A stretch of 64,000 bases of DNA from Roseateles sp. (lineage in GTDB: Bacteria > Pseudomonadota > Gammaproteobacteria > Burkholderiales > Burkholderiaceae_C). Both the position numbers and the translations under genes were made by a program. The notes beneath the pieces were generated by a model. The model saw only the letters and a list, made by a program, of their open reading frames with translations, made no database searches and was not told where the DNA came from. This document shows, one piece after another, positions 29,214 to 39,157 of the stretch (position 1 is its first letter; each line of letters starts with the position of its first letter). The stretch is from NCBI RefSeq assembly GCF_019237615.1, contig NZ_JAFAGT010000014.1:5805-69804 (forward strand), written 5' to 3'.

Positions 29214-30575
29214 TCATTTGATCTGCAACCGGCTCATCAGGTCGTAGAGCGTTGGGCGGCTGACGCCGAGCAACTCGGCGGCCCGGACGATGTTGCCGTC
29301 GGTGCGCGCCAGCGCCGTGATGACCGCCTGGCGCTCGGCGCTCTCGCGCACGGTGCGCAAATCCAGCATCGAGTTGCCCTCGGCCGGCACGGACGTCGCA
29401 CGCAAGCCCAGATCGGGTGCGGCGATGCGGTCATCCTCACACATGATGACGGCGCGCTTGAGCATGTTCTGCAACTCCCGCACATTGCCCGGCCAGGGGT
29501 GCGCCTCCAGCGCGCGCACGGCATCGTCGGTCAGCGTCGGCACGGGCCGGTGCATCTCGGTCGCGAAGCGGCGCGCGAAGGCGTGCGACAGCAGCACGGG
29601 GTCGCCCACGCGCTCACGCAGTGGCGGGATCTCGACGACGATCTCGGCCAGGCGGTAGTACAGGTCTTCGCGGAAGCGCCCGTCGGCAATGCGCGCCTTC
29701 AGGTCCTGGTGGGTTGCGCCGACGACGCGCACGTCCATCGGAATCTCCTGGCGGCCGCCCACGCGCTCGATGACGCGCTCCTGCAGGAAGCGCAGCAGCT
29801 TGGCCTGCAAGGGCATGGGCAGGTCGCCGATCTCGTCCAGCATCAGGGTGCCGCCGTTGGCGGTCTCGATCTTGCCGATGGTGGACTTGGTCGCCCCCGT
29901 GAAGGCGCCTTTCTCGTAGCCGAAGAGCTCGCTCTCCAGCAGCGTCTCGGGAATGGCCGCGCAGTTGATGGCGACGAAGCGGCCCTTGCGCTTGGAGGCA
30001 TCGTGCAGCCCCTGGGCCAGCACTTCCTTGCCGGTACCGCTTTCGCCCAGCAGCAGCACGGTGGCGTCGCTGGGCGCGACCTTCTCGATCATGCGGCACA
30101 CGCGCTGCATGCCGGGGTCGCGCGTGACGAGGCCCGAGAACACGTCGCTGCTCTGCTGCATCTGCAGCCGCCGGTTCTCCTGCTGCAGCTCGTACAGCCT
30201 GTAGGCGCGCTCGACGGTGAGGGCCAGCACGTCGGGGTCAACGGGCTTGGCGAGGAAGTCGTAGGCTCCCATGCGGATGGCCCGCAGCGCGTTCTCCTGG
30301 TCGTTCTGACCGGTGAGCACGATGATCTTGGCCGCGGGATCGAGCTCCAGCAGCTTCTCGAGGCACTTGAAACCCTCGGAGACCGAATCCCGGTCCGGCG
30401 GCAGGCCGAGGTCCATCGTGACGACGGCCGGGCTGCTGCGGCGGAACTGCAGCACGGCACTGGCGACGTCGTCGGCCGTCACCGATTCGAAGCGGTCCAG
30501 CGACCACTTGAGCTGTTTTTGCAGCGCGAGATCGTCTTCGACGATCAGCAAAGGCGCGTGGCGAGGCGCGCTCAT
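29214..30575 (-). CDS. prsR: PEP-CTERM-box response regulator, sigma-54-dependent (NtrC/AtoC-like)
   Basis: Receiver domain LLIVEDD...[11 protein letters not shown]+ domain GESGTGKE and GAFTGA, and a C-terminal Fis-type HTH. 4-nt overlap with prsK. Confidence 0.9.
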   Translation of the reverse strand: MSAPRHAPLLIVEDDLALQKQLKWSLDRFESVTADDVASAVLQFRRSSPAVVTMDLGLPPDRDSVSEGFKCLEKLLELDPAAKIIVLTGQNDQENALRAIRMGAYDFLAKPVDPDVLALTVERAYRLYELQQENRRLQMQQSSDVFSGLVTRDPGMQRVCRMIEKVAPSDATVLLLGESGTGKEVLAQGLHDASKRKGRFVAINCAAIPETLLESELFGYEKGAFTGATKSTIGKIETANGGTLMLDEIGDLPMPLQAKLLRFLQERVIERVGGRQEIPMDVRVVGATHQDLKARIADGRFREDLYYRLAEIVVEIPPLRERVGDPVLLSHAFARRFATEMHRPVPTLTDDAVRALEAHPWPGNVRELQNMLKRAVIMCEDDRIAAPDLGLRATSVPAEGNSMLDLRTVRESAERQAVITALARTDGNIVRAAELLGVSRPTLYDLMSRLQIK

Positions 30576-32737
30576 TGGACGTCGAGCGCGGCCAACGGTG
30601 CATCGGCCTGTGCATGGAACAGGGGCAGCAGCAGGGTCACGATGGTCCCTCGGTTCAATTCGCTCTGCACGCTGATCTTGCCTCCCAGTTCATGCACGTA
30701 TTGGTAGCTTTCGTGGGCGCCAATGCCCATGCCGCTGGCCTTGGTGGTCTGGAACGGCTTGAAGAGTCGATTCTGTATGAAATCCTCGCTCATGCCACAG
30801 CCGTTGTCCTCCACGCGAACGCGGGCCTGGCTGCCTTCGGCATCCAGCGTCAGCCGGACCTGACCGTTGGCGGGCGTCGCATCGAACGCGTTCTGCACCA
30901 CATGGCCCAGCACGCGCTCCACACGCTCGGCATGCCCTCGCGTGCTGACACCGGCCTGCAGCTCCAGCTCCAGCACCCTGCCCTTGCTGGCGGCCGCGGC
31001 CGCGAGCCGCCGGGCGATCTGCTCCAGGTCGACGCCGCTGGTCACGCCATGGGGCTTCTCCCCCTCCCGCAGCTGCAGCATCAGCTGGCGCATCTTCTCG
31101 AGCGAGTTCTCGACGGTATCCAGCATGTCCTGCTGGAACTCGGGGTTGTCGCGCAGGCGCTTGGCGTTCTTCATCATCAACGACAGCTGCGTCACTATGT
31201 TCTTCAAGTCGTGCACGACGAAAGCCGACATGCGGTTGAACGCATCGAACTTGCGCGCCTCCAGCAGCGCCTCCGTCGCCTGGACCTGATCCAGATAGCC
31301 CGAGGCCTGGCTGGCCGCGGTGCGCAACAGGTCGCGCACCTCCCAGTTCAGCTCGACGACGGCGCGCGGCCGGCCCAGCACGACGAAGCCGGTCAGCGAA
31401 TCGCGCACAAGCAGCGGCACCAGCAGCCAGCACCGAGGCTCGTCGATCAGCCAGGCGGGCAGTTCGAGTCCCGGGTAGGCATCGCGCCTTGCGCGCCACT
31501 CGTCCAGATCGACGATCCAGGCCCGTTCCTGCCAGAAGCGGGCCAACGCCCCATCGCGGGCTTCGCTGCCCGCCTGCGCCGGCAGATTCCAGCGTGCGGC
31601 CTGCAGGAAATCGCCACCCGCGGCGCGCTGCATCCACAGCATGCCGCTCGGGCTCTCGACCAGATTGGCCAGGGCTTGCACGACGGTCTCCGCCGTATGT
31701 TGTGGCTCGGCGCTGCCGGACAACAGCTGCGTGAAGCGCAGCCACTCTTCGCGGTAGTCGTAGCGATAGCTGAAGAAGTTCTTGCTGATGTAGACGCGCA
31801 GCCGGGAACGCATCGAGCCCGATGCGACCAGCAGGGCCAGCGCCAGCAACGCGACGAAGACCAGCGCCACGGACAGAGCCCTGCCCCAATGCCCGCCGGT
31901 GTAACGCACGTAGTAGCCGACGCCGGCCACCATCAGCAGGTAGCCACCGACGAGCAGCAGCGTCGCCGAATGGAAGACCGCCGCACGCGACACATGCAGC
32001 TTGTCCAGCCAGTCCGCCTGCCGGCGCGACGCCACATAGAGCAGCGGAACCGCCGCCGCATGCACGAGAGAACGCACGCTGATGGCGGCGTCGTCGAAGT
32101 GCTGGAACAACGCTGCCTGGGAGCTGATGAAGAGGTCGAACAGGAAGATGGCCCCCAGGCCCAGGCAGACCGGCTTGGCGTTCCAGCGTGCATCGCCAGC
32201 CGTATTGCGCAGCATCTGCTCGACAAGCACCAGGCCCAGCACCGAGATGCCCAGCGCCGCAAGCGCCTGCGAGCGGACAAGCGTGTCCGCAGGCTGGTTC
32301 TCGGCCGACCAGATCAGCCACAGCTGGACCAGGACCGTGAAGCCGGCCAGGGGACGCAACCAGCCCAGGCCACCACCACGCCGCGGCGGCAGCAGCAGCA
32401 GCATGAAGGCAAACCAGAGGCCGAACCGAAGCAGGTCCAGCGTGGGGGTGATCCAGGTCGGCAAGTGGTCGGACCAGTGACGCAGGCCATCCGCCAAGGC
32501 GACACCGGCCCAGATCGAGCTGGCGGCCAGGGCGGCAAGGAAAACAAGGGCGAGTGAGGACACCGGCAAGCCGCCGCGCCGCAGCTGCTGCGCGAAATGG
32601 AGCGCGAACAGCCCATAGGCCAGCGCGCAGATCAGATCGCCGAGGTTGCTCAGCGAGAGCAACGGCGTGAGCCCGTCAATCATGGCGTCCGAGGTGGAGT
32701 CCAATGGGGCAGCAGCAGACATGCGGGATTCAAGCAT
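30572..32737 (-). CDS. prsK: PEP-CTERM-system sensor histidine kinase
   Basis: 721 aa: polytopic N-terminal half, a GAF-like middle, HisKA (FVVHDLKN) and HATPase (GMGIG) domains. An alternative start is ATG 32722. Confidence 0.85.
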   Translation of the reverse strand: MLESRMSAAAPLDSTSDAMIDGLTPLLSLSNLGDLICALAYGLFALHFAQQLRRGGLPVSSLALVFLAALAASSIWAGVALADGLRHWSDHLPTWITPTLDLLRFGLWFAFMLLLLPPRRGGGLGWLRPLAGFTVLVQLWLIWSAENQPADTLVRSQALAALGISVLGLVLVEQMLRNTAGDARWNAKPVCLGLGAIFLFDLFISSQAALFQHFDDAAISVRSLVHAAAVPLLYVASRRQADWLDKLHVSRAAVFHSATLLLVGGYLLMVAGVGYYVRYTGGHWGRALSVALVFVALLALALLVASGSMRSRLRVYISKNFFSYRYDYREEWLRFTQLLSGSAEPQHTAETVVQALANLVESPSGMLWMQRAAGGDFLQAARWNLPAQAGSEARDGALARFWQERAWIVDLDEWRARRDAYPGLELPAWLIDEPRCWLLVPLLVRDSLTGFVVLGRPRAVVELNWEVRDLLRTAASQASGYLDQVQATEALLEARKFDAFNRMSAFVVHDLKNIVTQLSLMMKNAKRLRDNPEFQQDMLDTVENSLEKMRQLMLQLREGEKPHGVTSGVDLEQIARRLAAAAASKGRVLELELQAGVSTRGHAERVERVLGHVVQNAFDATPANGQVRLTLDAEGSQARVRVEDNGCGMSEDFIQNRLFKPFQTTKASGMGIGAHESYQYVHELGGKISVQSELNRGTIVTLLLPLFHAQADAPLAALDVQ

Positions 32738-32784
32738 GCCTCATCGGCCTTGGACACCGGCACCGACGCCGAAGCATCCAGGGC

Positions 32785-34167
32785 TCAGCGCGCGCCCTTG
32801 CCCGTCAGCACGACGGCCACCGTCTCCAGCATGATCAGCAGATCAAGGAAGAGCGAGTGGTTCTTGACGTAGTAGAGGTCGTACTGCAGCTTCTCGACCG
32901 AATCCTCGATCGTCGAGCCGTACTCGTAGCGCACCTGGGCCCAGCCGGTGACGCCCGGCTTCACGCTGTGGCGCACCGCGTAGTAGGGAATCTTGCTGAC
33001 CAGTTCGTCGACGAAGAACTGCCGCTCCGGGCGCGGACCGACCATGCTCATCTCGCCGACCAGCACGTTGAACAGCTGGGGCAGCTCGTCGATGCGCACC
33101 TTGCGGATGAAGCGGCCGATGCGGGTCACGCGGTCGTCGTTCTTGGTCGCCCAGCGCGGCTTGCCATCCTTCTCGGCATCGGTGCGCATGCTGCGGAACT
33201 TGACGACGTTGAAGGGCACGCCGTTCAAGCCCACCCGTTCCTGGCGATAGAGCACCGGGCCGCGCGACTCGAAGCGGATGGCCAGAGCCGTGAGCAGCAT
33301 GATGGGCCAGGTCAGCGCCAGGATCAGCGTCGCGAAGATGACGTCGCAGACACGCTTGATGGCCGCGCGCAGCATGCCCTGGCTGAAGCCATCGCCGAAC
33401 ACCAGCCAGCCGGCGTTCACATGCTTGATGTTGATCTGGGCCAGCGTCTTCTCGAAGTGCGTGGCGATGTCGACGACGCGCACGCCGGACAGCTTGCAGT
33501 CCAGCAACTGGCGCAGCGGCATGCTGCCGCCGCGGCGCTCGGTCAGCGCAACGACGATCTCGTCGACGTTGTGCTTCAGCGCAGCCTCCGTCAGATTGGC
33601 CCCGTCGTTGATGATCTCGTCGCGCGGCACCTCGTGCTGCTCCTCGTTCGGTCCGGCGTAGAAGCCGACGATCAGCGCATGCGGGTCGGAGGCCCGCAGC
33701 GTGTTGCCCACCGTCCGGGCGGCAACGCCGGTGCCGAAGATCAGGATGCGGCTGCGCAGGCGCGCCTGGCCGCCGGAATGTGCGGCGTAGACGCGGTGCA
33801 CCATCACGGCGGCGACCGCAGCCATGGCCACCAGGGTCAGCAGATCGCGATGGCTGGTGTTCGACGGCACCAGGCTGAAGATGACATAGGCGAGCGGCAG
33901 GCCGAACAGCAGGCCGAACAGCGCACGCGCGCAGGACTCGGTGATGGAGCGGTTATGCACATGCTGATAGAAGCCCGTGGCCGAATTGATCACGAACATG
34001 CAGCCGGCCAGGGACAGGCCGTGTGAGGCCGCAAAAGGCAGCACCGTCTGCGCAGCTTCACCCTGGCTGAGGACGAAGGCAATGACGGCGAACACGATCA
34101 GGCCGAGATCAAAGAAGACCTGGAGCAAGGTCTGCTTGTGCAGGTAATGGTTGAATATTCGAATCAT
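32785..34167 (-). CDS. polyprenyl-phosphate sugar-phosphotransferase (priming bacterial sugar transferase, PEP-CTERM-locus type)
   Basis: MIRIFNHYLHKQTLLQV plus TM helices. C-terminal motifs RVGLNG..F...KFRSM, DELPQL.NVL.G.MS.VGPRP and KPG.TGWAQV. RBS GGGGGA. Confidence 0.9.
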   Translation of the reverse strand: MIRIFNHYLHKQTLLQVFFDLGLIVFAVIAFVLSQGEAAQTVLPFAASHGLSLAGCMFVINSATGFYQHVHNRSITESCARALFGLLFGLPLAYVIFSLVPSNTSHRDLLTLVAMAAVAAVMVHRVYAAHSGGQARLRSRILIFGTGVAARTVGNTLRASDPHALIVGFYAGPNEEQHEVPRDEIINDGANLTEAALKHNVDEIVVALTERRGGSMPLRQLLDCKLSGVRVVDIATHFEKTLAQINIKHVNAGWLVFGDGFSQGMLRAAIKRVCDVIFATLILALTWPIMLLTALAIRFESRGPVLYRQERVGLNGVPFNVVKFRSMRTDAEKDGKPRWATKNDDRVTRIGRFIRKVRIDELPQLFNVLVGEMSMVGPRPERQFFVDELVSKIPYYAVRHSVKPGVTGWAQVRYEYGSTIEDSVEKLQYDLYYVKNHSLFLDLLIMLETVAVVLTGKGAR

Positions 34168-34210
34168 TGACGTCCCCCGATCATTACTGCCCGCGTTCTC
34201 CGCATCTGCA

Positions 34211-34232
34211 ATCCGATTAGCATCCGATTAGC
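34211..34232. repeat. two perfect tandem 11-bp direct repeats (ATCCGATTAGC)x2 upstream of the priming transferase gene
   Basis: atccgattagc at 34211-34221 and again at 34222-34232, 44-65 nt upstream of ATG 34167. An 11-bp period is one helical turn, as seen for winged-helix response-regulator sites. Confidence 0.6.
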
Positions 34233-34800
34233 GAAATTCGAGCTCGTATCGATATTCCATTTCACTTCGCACGGAGGCCGCCCGTCGCATCACGCACCTT
34301 GCGGCAGCCAGCGGTCGCAGAGCACCTTGGAGATCGCCCGGTTGGCTATGGAAGTCCCTGACTTGACGTCGCGACGGACATGCCCGACCAACCCCTGATC
34401 GCGTCGGCATCATGCCTCCGCCCCCCAGGCTTGAAAGCCCCCCGTTTAGAGGGTGCTTGCCCCTTGAATCCGCGTCGTGATGCAGTGCTTGCGCGCCCCT
34501 GCAAGAACGGTCTTTTTCACAACGTGCGGCAGTAGAACCGAAAGCGGACGCCGGCGCCATGCCGGCCCGGCAGCGAGCCCCGCAAAGCGTGTGAAACGCA
34601 CAAGCATTCCTTTGGAACCCTAGAAAACCGGGTTTATGGAGGATTTCTCACGCCCGGCGCGCCGGGGTTATTCGGCGCCTCAGATACTGAAGCCTCCCGT
34701 GCCGGCTGGGTAGTATTCACGATTCAAGCGCCGGCACCGGTGCTCGGCGCATGGGTTTGCCGCCTATATGAGGCGAGCTCCGATTGCATCCGCGCGCCAT

Positions 34801-34833
34801 AGACAAAGGCCTGCACGTGGCAGGCCTTTGTCT
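34801..34833. other. perfect 14-bp stem / 5-nt loop palindromic hairpin
   Basis: AGACAAAGGCCTGC-acgtg-GCAGGCCTTTGTCT, immediately distal to the terminator of the LivK-like gene. Confidence 0.6.
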
Positions 34834-34860
34834 ATAAAAAACGCCCGCCTAAGCGGGCGC
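34834..34860 (-). terminator. rho-independent terminator of the LivK-like gene
   Basis: The minus strand reads CGCCCGC-TTAG-GCGGGCG-TTTTTTAT, 20 nt after the stop at 34881. Confidence 0.85.
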
Positions 34861-34880
34861 TCCGGATCGGTGAGCCGAGA

Positions 34881-36023
34881 TCAGCGCACGACCTCGATCT
34901 GCTCGCGATTGCCACCCTTGTAGGTGTACAGGGTCAGGGCACCGTTCTTGATGTCACCCTTCTCGTCGAAGGAGATGATGCCGGTCACACCCCTGTAGCC
35001 GGTCGTCTTGGCCAGTGCAGGCAGGTACTTGGCAGGATCGGCGGAGTTGGCGCGCTTCATGGCGTCGACCATCACATTGACGGCGTCATACACATACGGC
35101 GCGTAGATCTGCACGTCGACGTTGAACTTGGCCTTGAACTTGGCCTTGAAGTCGTCCATGGACTTCTTGGCCTCGCCTTCGACGCCACCGGCCTCGGCGC
35201 AGACAACCTGCCCGTCACCCATGGTGCCGGCAGCCAGCTTGGGCAGCTCACCCGTGCAGATGCCGTCGCCGCCCATGAACTTGGCGTCGATGCCCAGCTG
35301 CTTCATCTGGCGCAGCATCGGGCCGGCCACGGCGTCCATGCCGCCGAAGAACACCACGTCGGGCTTCTTGCTCTTCAGGGAGGTCAGGATGGCGGTGAAG
35401 TCCGTGGCCTTGTCGTTCGTGAACTCGCGGCCGATGACCTTGCCGCCCGCACCCTTGACGCCCTTCTCGAACTCGTCGGCGACACCCTGGCCGTAGGCCG
35501 TGCGGTCGTCGATCACGGCAATGGACTTGCCCTTCAGCTGCCGGACGGAGTACTTGCCCAGCGTACCGCCCAGATGCACGTCGTCAGCGACGACGCGGAA
35601 GGTGGTCTTGTAGCCGCTGCGGGTGTACTTGGGATTGGTGGCCGACGGCGAGATCTGCGGGATACCGGCGTCGCTGTAGACCTTGGCGGCCGGGATGGAC
35701 GTGCCGGAGTTCAGGTGCCCCACGACGCCGTTGACCTTGGAGTCGACCAGTTTCTGGGCCGCCGCCGTGCCCTGCTTCGGGTCGCCGGCATCGTCTTCGG
35801 CCAGCAGCTCGAACTTGGCCTTCTTGCCACCGATCATGACGCCCTTGGCGTTCAGTTCCTCGATGGCGAGGCGCGCGCCCAGCTCATTGTCCTTGCCGAG
35901 GTGCGCGATCGCGCCGCTGGTCGGAGCGACGTGGCCGATCTTGACGATCAGGTCCTGCGACATGGCGGCGCCGCTGACCAGTGCGGCCACGGCACCCACC
36001 ACGATATTCAGCTTGATTTGCAT
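34881..36023 (-). CDS. branched-chain amino acid ABC transporter substrate-binding protein (LivK/LivJ family)
   Basis: Signal peptide MQIKLNIVVGAVAALVSGAAMSQ, IGHVAPTSGAIAHLGKD, GVVGHLNSG. 380 aa. Confidence 0.9.
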   Translation of the reverse strand: MQIKLNIVVGAVAALVSGAAMSQDLIVKIGHVAPTSGAIAHLGKDNELGARLAIEELNAKGVMIGGKKAKFELLAEDDAGDPKQGTAAAQKLVDSKVNGVVGHLNSGTSIPAAKVYSDAGIPQISPSATNPKYTRSGYKTTFRVVADDVHLGGTLGKYSVRQLKGKSIAVIDDRTAYGQGVADEFEKGVKGAGGKVIGREFTNDKATDFTAILTSLKSKKPDVVFFGGMDAVAGPMLRQMKQLGIDAKFMGGDGICTGELPKLAAGTMGDGQVVCAEAGGVEGEAKKSMDDFKAKFKAKFNVDVQIYAPYVYDAVNVMVDAMKRANSADPAKYLPALAKTTGYRGVTGIISFDEKGDIKNGALTLYTYKGGNREQIEVVR

Positions 36024-36139
36024 GGATCAACTCCAGTCTGGAAAAGAGAGGAACACACGGAGAACGTTGAGTTTTCAACCAAATAAACATACCCCAAATC
36101 CGGGGTGTACTCATTCGGGAAAGCGTGGACGCAACGTTC

Positions 36140-36562
36140 TCAACCTGCCGCTGAAAAATGGTCCAGCCTGGCTCCTGACTGCTGGTAGAAGCGGTAGCGC
36201 GCACGCCCAGCTTGAACGCGCTCGGGCTCCTGGCCGATGACTTCCAGTACGCGCTCGAAGCCCAGCGCGTCGCCGGGCATCTCGTCACACAGGTTCAACA
36301 GCAGGCCGCGGTGCGGCAGCCGCGCCGCGTCGTCGACCAGCAGCACCTCGCCCGGCACGGGCGGCGTCGCGCCGTCCCAACGCCGATGCGGGATGAACTC
36401 GGTCGCCTCGAAGCTCCAGAGCAATGCGTCCAGGCGCGCCGCACTCGCTGCGGGCACGCAGACCCCCACCGGCTTGCCCGACGCGAGGGCGCGACGGACC
36501 AGCCGGCAGGCGTAATGCAGCGGGTCCGCCGCGTCGCTGTAGAAGCTGACCTGGACGGCCAC
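36140..36562 (-). CDS. holC: DNA polymerase III subunit chi
   Basis: 140 aa. VSFYSDAADPLHYACRLVRRAL and LWSFEATEFIPH, in the classic position directly downstream of pepA. GTG start. Confidence 0.8.
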   Translation of the reverse strand: MAVQVSFYSDAADPLHYACRLVRRALASGKPVGVCVPAASAARLDALLWSFEATEFIPHRRWDGATPPVPGEVLLVDDAARLPHRGLLLNLCDEMPGDALGFERVLEVIGQEPERVQAGRARYRFYQQSGARLDHFSAAG

Positions 36563-36565
36563 GGC

Positions 36566-38029
36566 TTACTTGGCGTGGCTGAGCACGAAATGCGTCAGCA
36601 GGCCCACAGGCCGGCCGGTCGCGCCCTTCGCCGCGCCACCCTTCCAGGCCGTGCCGGCGATGTCGAGGTGGCCCCAGCGGTACTTGCTGGCAAAGCGCTG
36701 CAGGAACTTGGCCGCCGTGATGGAGCCGCCCGCGCGGCCGGCGATGTTGGCGACGTCGGCGAAGTTGCTCTTCAGGCCTTCGGCGTAGTCGTCGTCCAGC
36801 GGCATGCGCCAGCAGGGGTCCAGCGCCGCATCGCCGGCCGCGGTCAGCGAGGCGGCGAGTTCGTCGTCGCTGGCATACATGCCGCTGCGCACGCCGCCCA
36901 GCGCGATGACGCAGGCGCCGGTCAGCGTCGCCACGTCGACGACGACGGCGGGCTTGAAGCGCTCGGCGTAGGTCAGCGCGTCGCACAGGATGAGGCGCCC
37001 CTCGGCGTCGGTGTTCAGGATCTCGATGGTCTGGCCCGACATGGACGTGACCACGTCGCCCGGCTTGACCGCGCGGCCACTGGGCATGTTCTCGCAGGCG
37101 GCGACGATCATGACGAGGTTGAGCTTGGGGCGGAGCTCAGCCACCGCGCGCAGCGTGCCGATGACGCTGGCCGCGCCGCCCATGTCGAACTTCATCTCGT
37201 CCATCTCGGCACCCGGCTTCAGCGAGATGCCGCCGGTGTCGAAGGTGATGCCCTTGCCGACCAGCACCACCGGCGCCACCGTCCTGGCCGCGCCTTCGTA
37301 GCGGGCGACGATGAAGCGCAGCGGCTCGTCCGAGCCCTGGGCCACGGCCAGGAAGCTGCCCATGCCGAGCTTCTCGACGGCCTTGCGGTCCAGCACTTCG
37401 ACCTTGAGGCCGTGCGTCTTGCCCAGACCCTGGACGACCTGGCCCAGATGGGTCGGCGTCGCATGGTTGGCGGGGCGGTTGGCGCATTCGCGGGCCAGCT
37501 CGATGCCGGCGGCGATGGCCTCGCCGCGCGCGAGACCCGCCTTTGCGGCCTTCAGCTCCGCCTTGCCCACCAGCAGGGCCAGCTTGGCCAGCTTGGGCGC
37601 GGCCGGCGCGCTGGGCTTGGTGTGGCGGTAGAGGTAGACGGCATCCGAGCCGGCCAGCGCGGTCTGCTCGGCCAGCGACTCGGCGGCACCGGCCTCGAAG
37701 CCGGCGAAGGCCACGGCCGCGCTGACGGCGCCGCGCGACTTGATCTGGGCCAAACCGGCGGCCAGCGCCGCCCGAGCGGCCGCCAGCGTGGTCTTGCCGC
37801 TGGCCGCCAGCACCAGGCGCGGTGCCTTGATGCCCTCGGCCTGCGTCAGCGTCAGCGCCTGGCCGCCCTTGAGCGCGAAATCACCGAGCTTGATCGCTGC
37901 CTGCACCTGCTTGGCAACGGCGGCATCCAGCCCCTTGGGCAAGGCCTCACCACCGAGCACGACGATCAGCGCGTCGGCGCCGACTCCCGCGAGCGAATCC
38001 AGCTCAGCGGTTTGAATCTTGAAGTCCAT
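36566..38029 (-). CDS. pepA: leucyl aminopeptidase
   Basis: M17 motifs VGKGITFDTGGISLKP and NTDAEGRLILCDALTYA. 487 aa. Confidence 0.95.
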   Translation of the reverse strand: MDFKIQTAELDSLAGVGADALIVVLGGEALPKGLDAAVAKQVQAAIKLGDFALKGGQALTLTQAEGIKAPRLVLAASGKTTLAAARAALAAGLAQIKSRGAVSAAVAFAGFEAGAAESLAEQTALAGSDAVYLYRHTKPSAPAAPKLAKLALLVGKAELKAAKAGLARGEAIAAGIELARECANRPANHATPTHLGQVVQGLGKTHGLKVEVLDRKAVEKLGMGSFLAVAQGSDEPLRFIVARYEGAARTVAPVVLVGKGITFDTGGISLKPGAEMDEMKFDMGGAASVIGTLRAVAELRPKLNLVMIVAACENMPSGRAVKPGDVVTSMSGQTIEILNTDAEGRLILCDALTYAERFKPAVVVDVATLTGACVIALGGVRSGMYASDDELAASLTAAGDAALDPCWRMPLDDDYAEGLKSNFADVANIAGRAGGSITAAKFLQRFASKYRWGHLDIAGTAWKGGAAKGATGRPVGLLTHFVLSHAK

Positions 38030-38059
38030 AATGACTAGAAGTAGATAGAAGTGTTTTTG

Positions 38060-39157
38060 ATGTTATTCGATTCATCAACGCGATCCGAACTGGCCAGGAG
38101 CTTCGGCGTCACGCTGGTGGTCATCCTGACCATCGTGCTCACGACGACGCTGATCCGCACACTGGGCCAGGCCGCGGGCGGCAACGTCGCGCCGCAGGAT
38201 GTCGTGCTGCTGATGGGCTACGCCACCATCGCGCATCTGGCGACCATGCTCATCCTGTCGCTGTTCATCGCCATCGTCATCACGCTGGGTCGCGTCTACC
38301 GCGAGTCCGAGATGACGATCTGGTTCGCCAGCGGCATCCCTCTGTCGCGCTTCATGCGACCGGTGCTGCGCATGGCCTGGCCCGTGCTGCTGGCGGTCAT
38401 CGTGCTGGAGTTGCTCGTCTGGCCCTGGAGCAACCGGAACAGCGCCGAGCTGCGCGACCACTACCAGAAGCGTGGTAACCTGTCGCGCGTCACGCCCGGC
38501 CAGTTCCAGACCTCGCGCGACGGCAGCCGCGTCTTCTTCATCGAGCGCGAGGGCGACGATGCGGCGACCGGCCGCAACGTCTTCATCCTGTCCAACCAGC
38601 ATGAGCGCGAATCGGTGACGACCTCGGCGCGCGGCCGCCTCGAGATGGAGGGCGACGACCGCCTCCTCGTGCTGGACCATGGCCAGCGCAACGAGACCCA
38701 GCTGAAGACCGGCGAGAAGAGCCTGGCCCGCTTCCAGCAGTACAAGGTGATGACCGACACCCAGGTGCTGGCCAATGCCAGCCAGCTCCCGCCCAAGGCC
38801 ATGCCCACGCTGGACCTGGTGCGCGCGCCGACGCCCAAGAACCAGGGCGAGCTGACCTGGCGCATGGGCATGATCCTGGGCGGCATCAACATGACCCTGC
38901 TGGGCATCGGCCTGTCGGCCAGCAACCCGCGCCGCGCCAGCAACTGGAACCTGTTGTTCGCGCTGCTGGCCTTCATCGTCTACTTCAACCTCATCAACCT
39001 GTCGCAGTCCTGGGTCGGCAACGGCCGCATGACCATGCCGCGGGCGCTGATCGCCGTGCATGGCAGTGCGCTGTTCCTGGCCCTGGCCGTCATCTGGCTG
39101 CGCGACAACGCCAACCGCTTCTGCCTGCGTCGCCACCTGAAGGGAGCCCCCGCATGA
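38060..39157 (+). CDS. lptF: LPS export ABC transporter permease LptF
   Basis: MLFDSSTRSELARSFGVTLVVILTIVL, six-TM YjgP/YjgQ architecture, divergent from pepA. ATG 38060 is preferred over GTG 38051. Confidence 0.85.
   Translation: MLFDSSTRSELARSFGVTLVVILTIVLTTTLIRTLGQAAGGNVAPQDVVLLMGYATIAHLATMLILSLFIAIVITLGRVYRESEMTIWFASGIPLSRFMRPVLRMAWPVLLAVIVLELLVWPWSNRNSAELRDHYQKRGNLSRVTPGQFQTSRDGSRVFFIEREGDDAATGRNVFILSNQHERESVTTSARGRLEMEGDDRLLVLDHGQRNETQLKTGEKSLARFQQYKVMTDTQVLANASQLPPKAMPTLDLVRAPTPKNQGELTWRMGMILGGINMTLLGIGLSASNPRRASNWNLLFALLAFIVYFNLINLSQSWVGNGRMTMPRALIAVHGSALFLALAVIWLRDNANRFCLRRHLKGAPA

Noticed and set aside
34228-34560. 110-aa minus-strand ORF in the long intergenic region
   Set aside because: Composition is not protein-like (Arg/Ala/Gly/Ser-rich), there is no RBS and no motif. 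The region was treated as non-coding.
38030-38059. Direct repeat TAGAAGT-aga-TAGAAGT in the 30-bp pepA/lptF divergent spacer
   Set aside because: Real in the sequence, but too short to interpret. It is probably just the AT-rich core promoter region.
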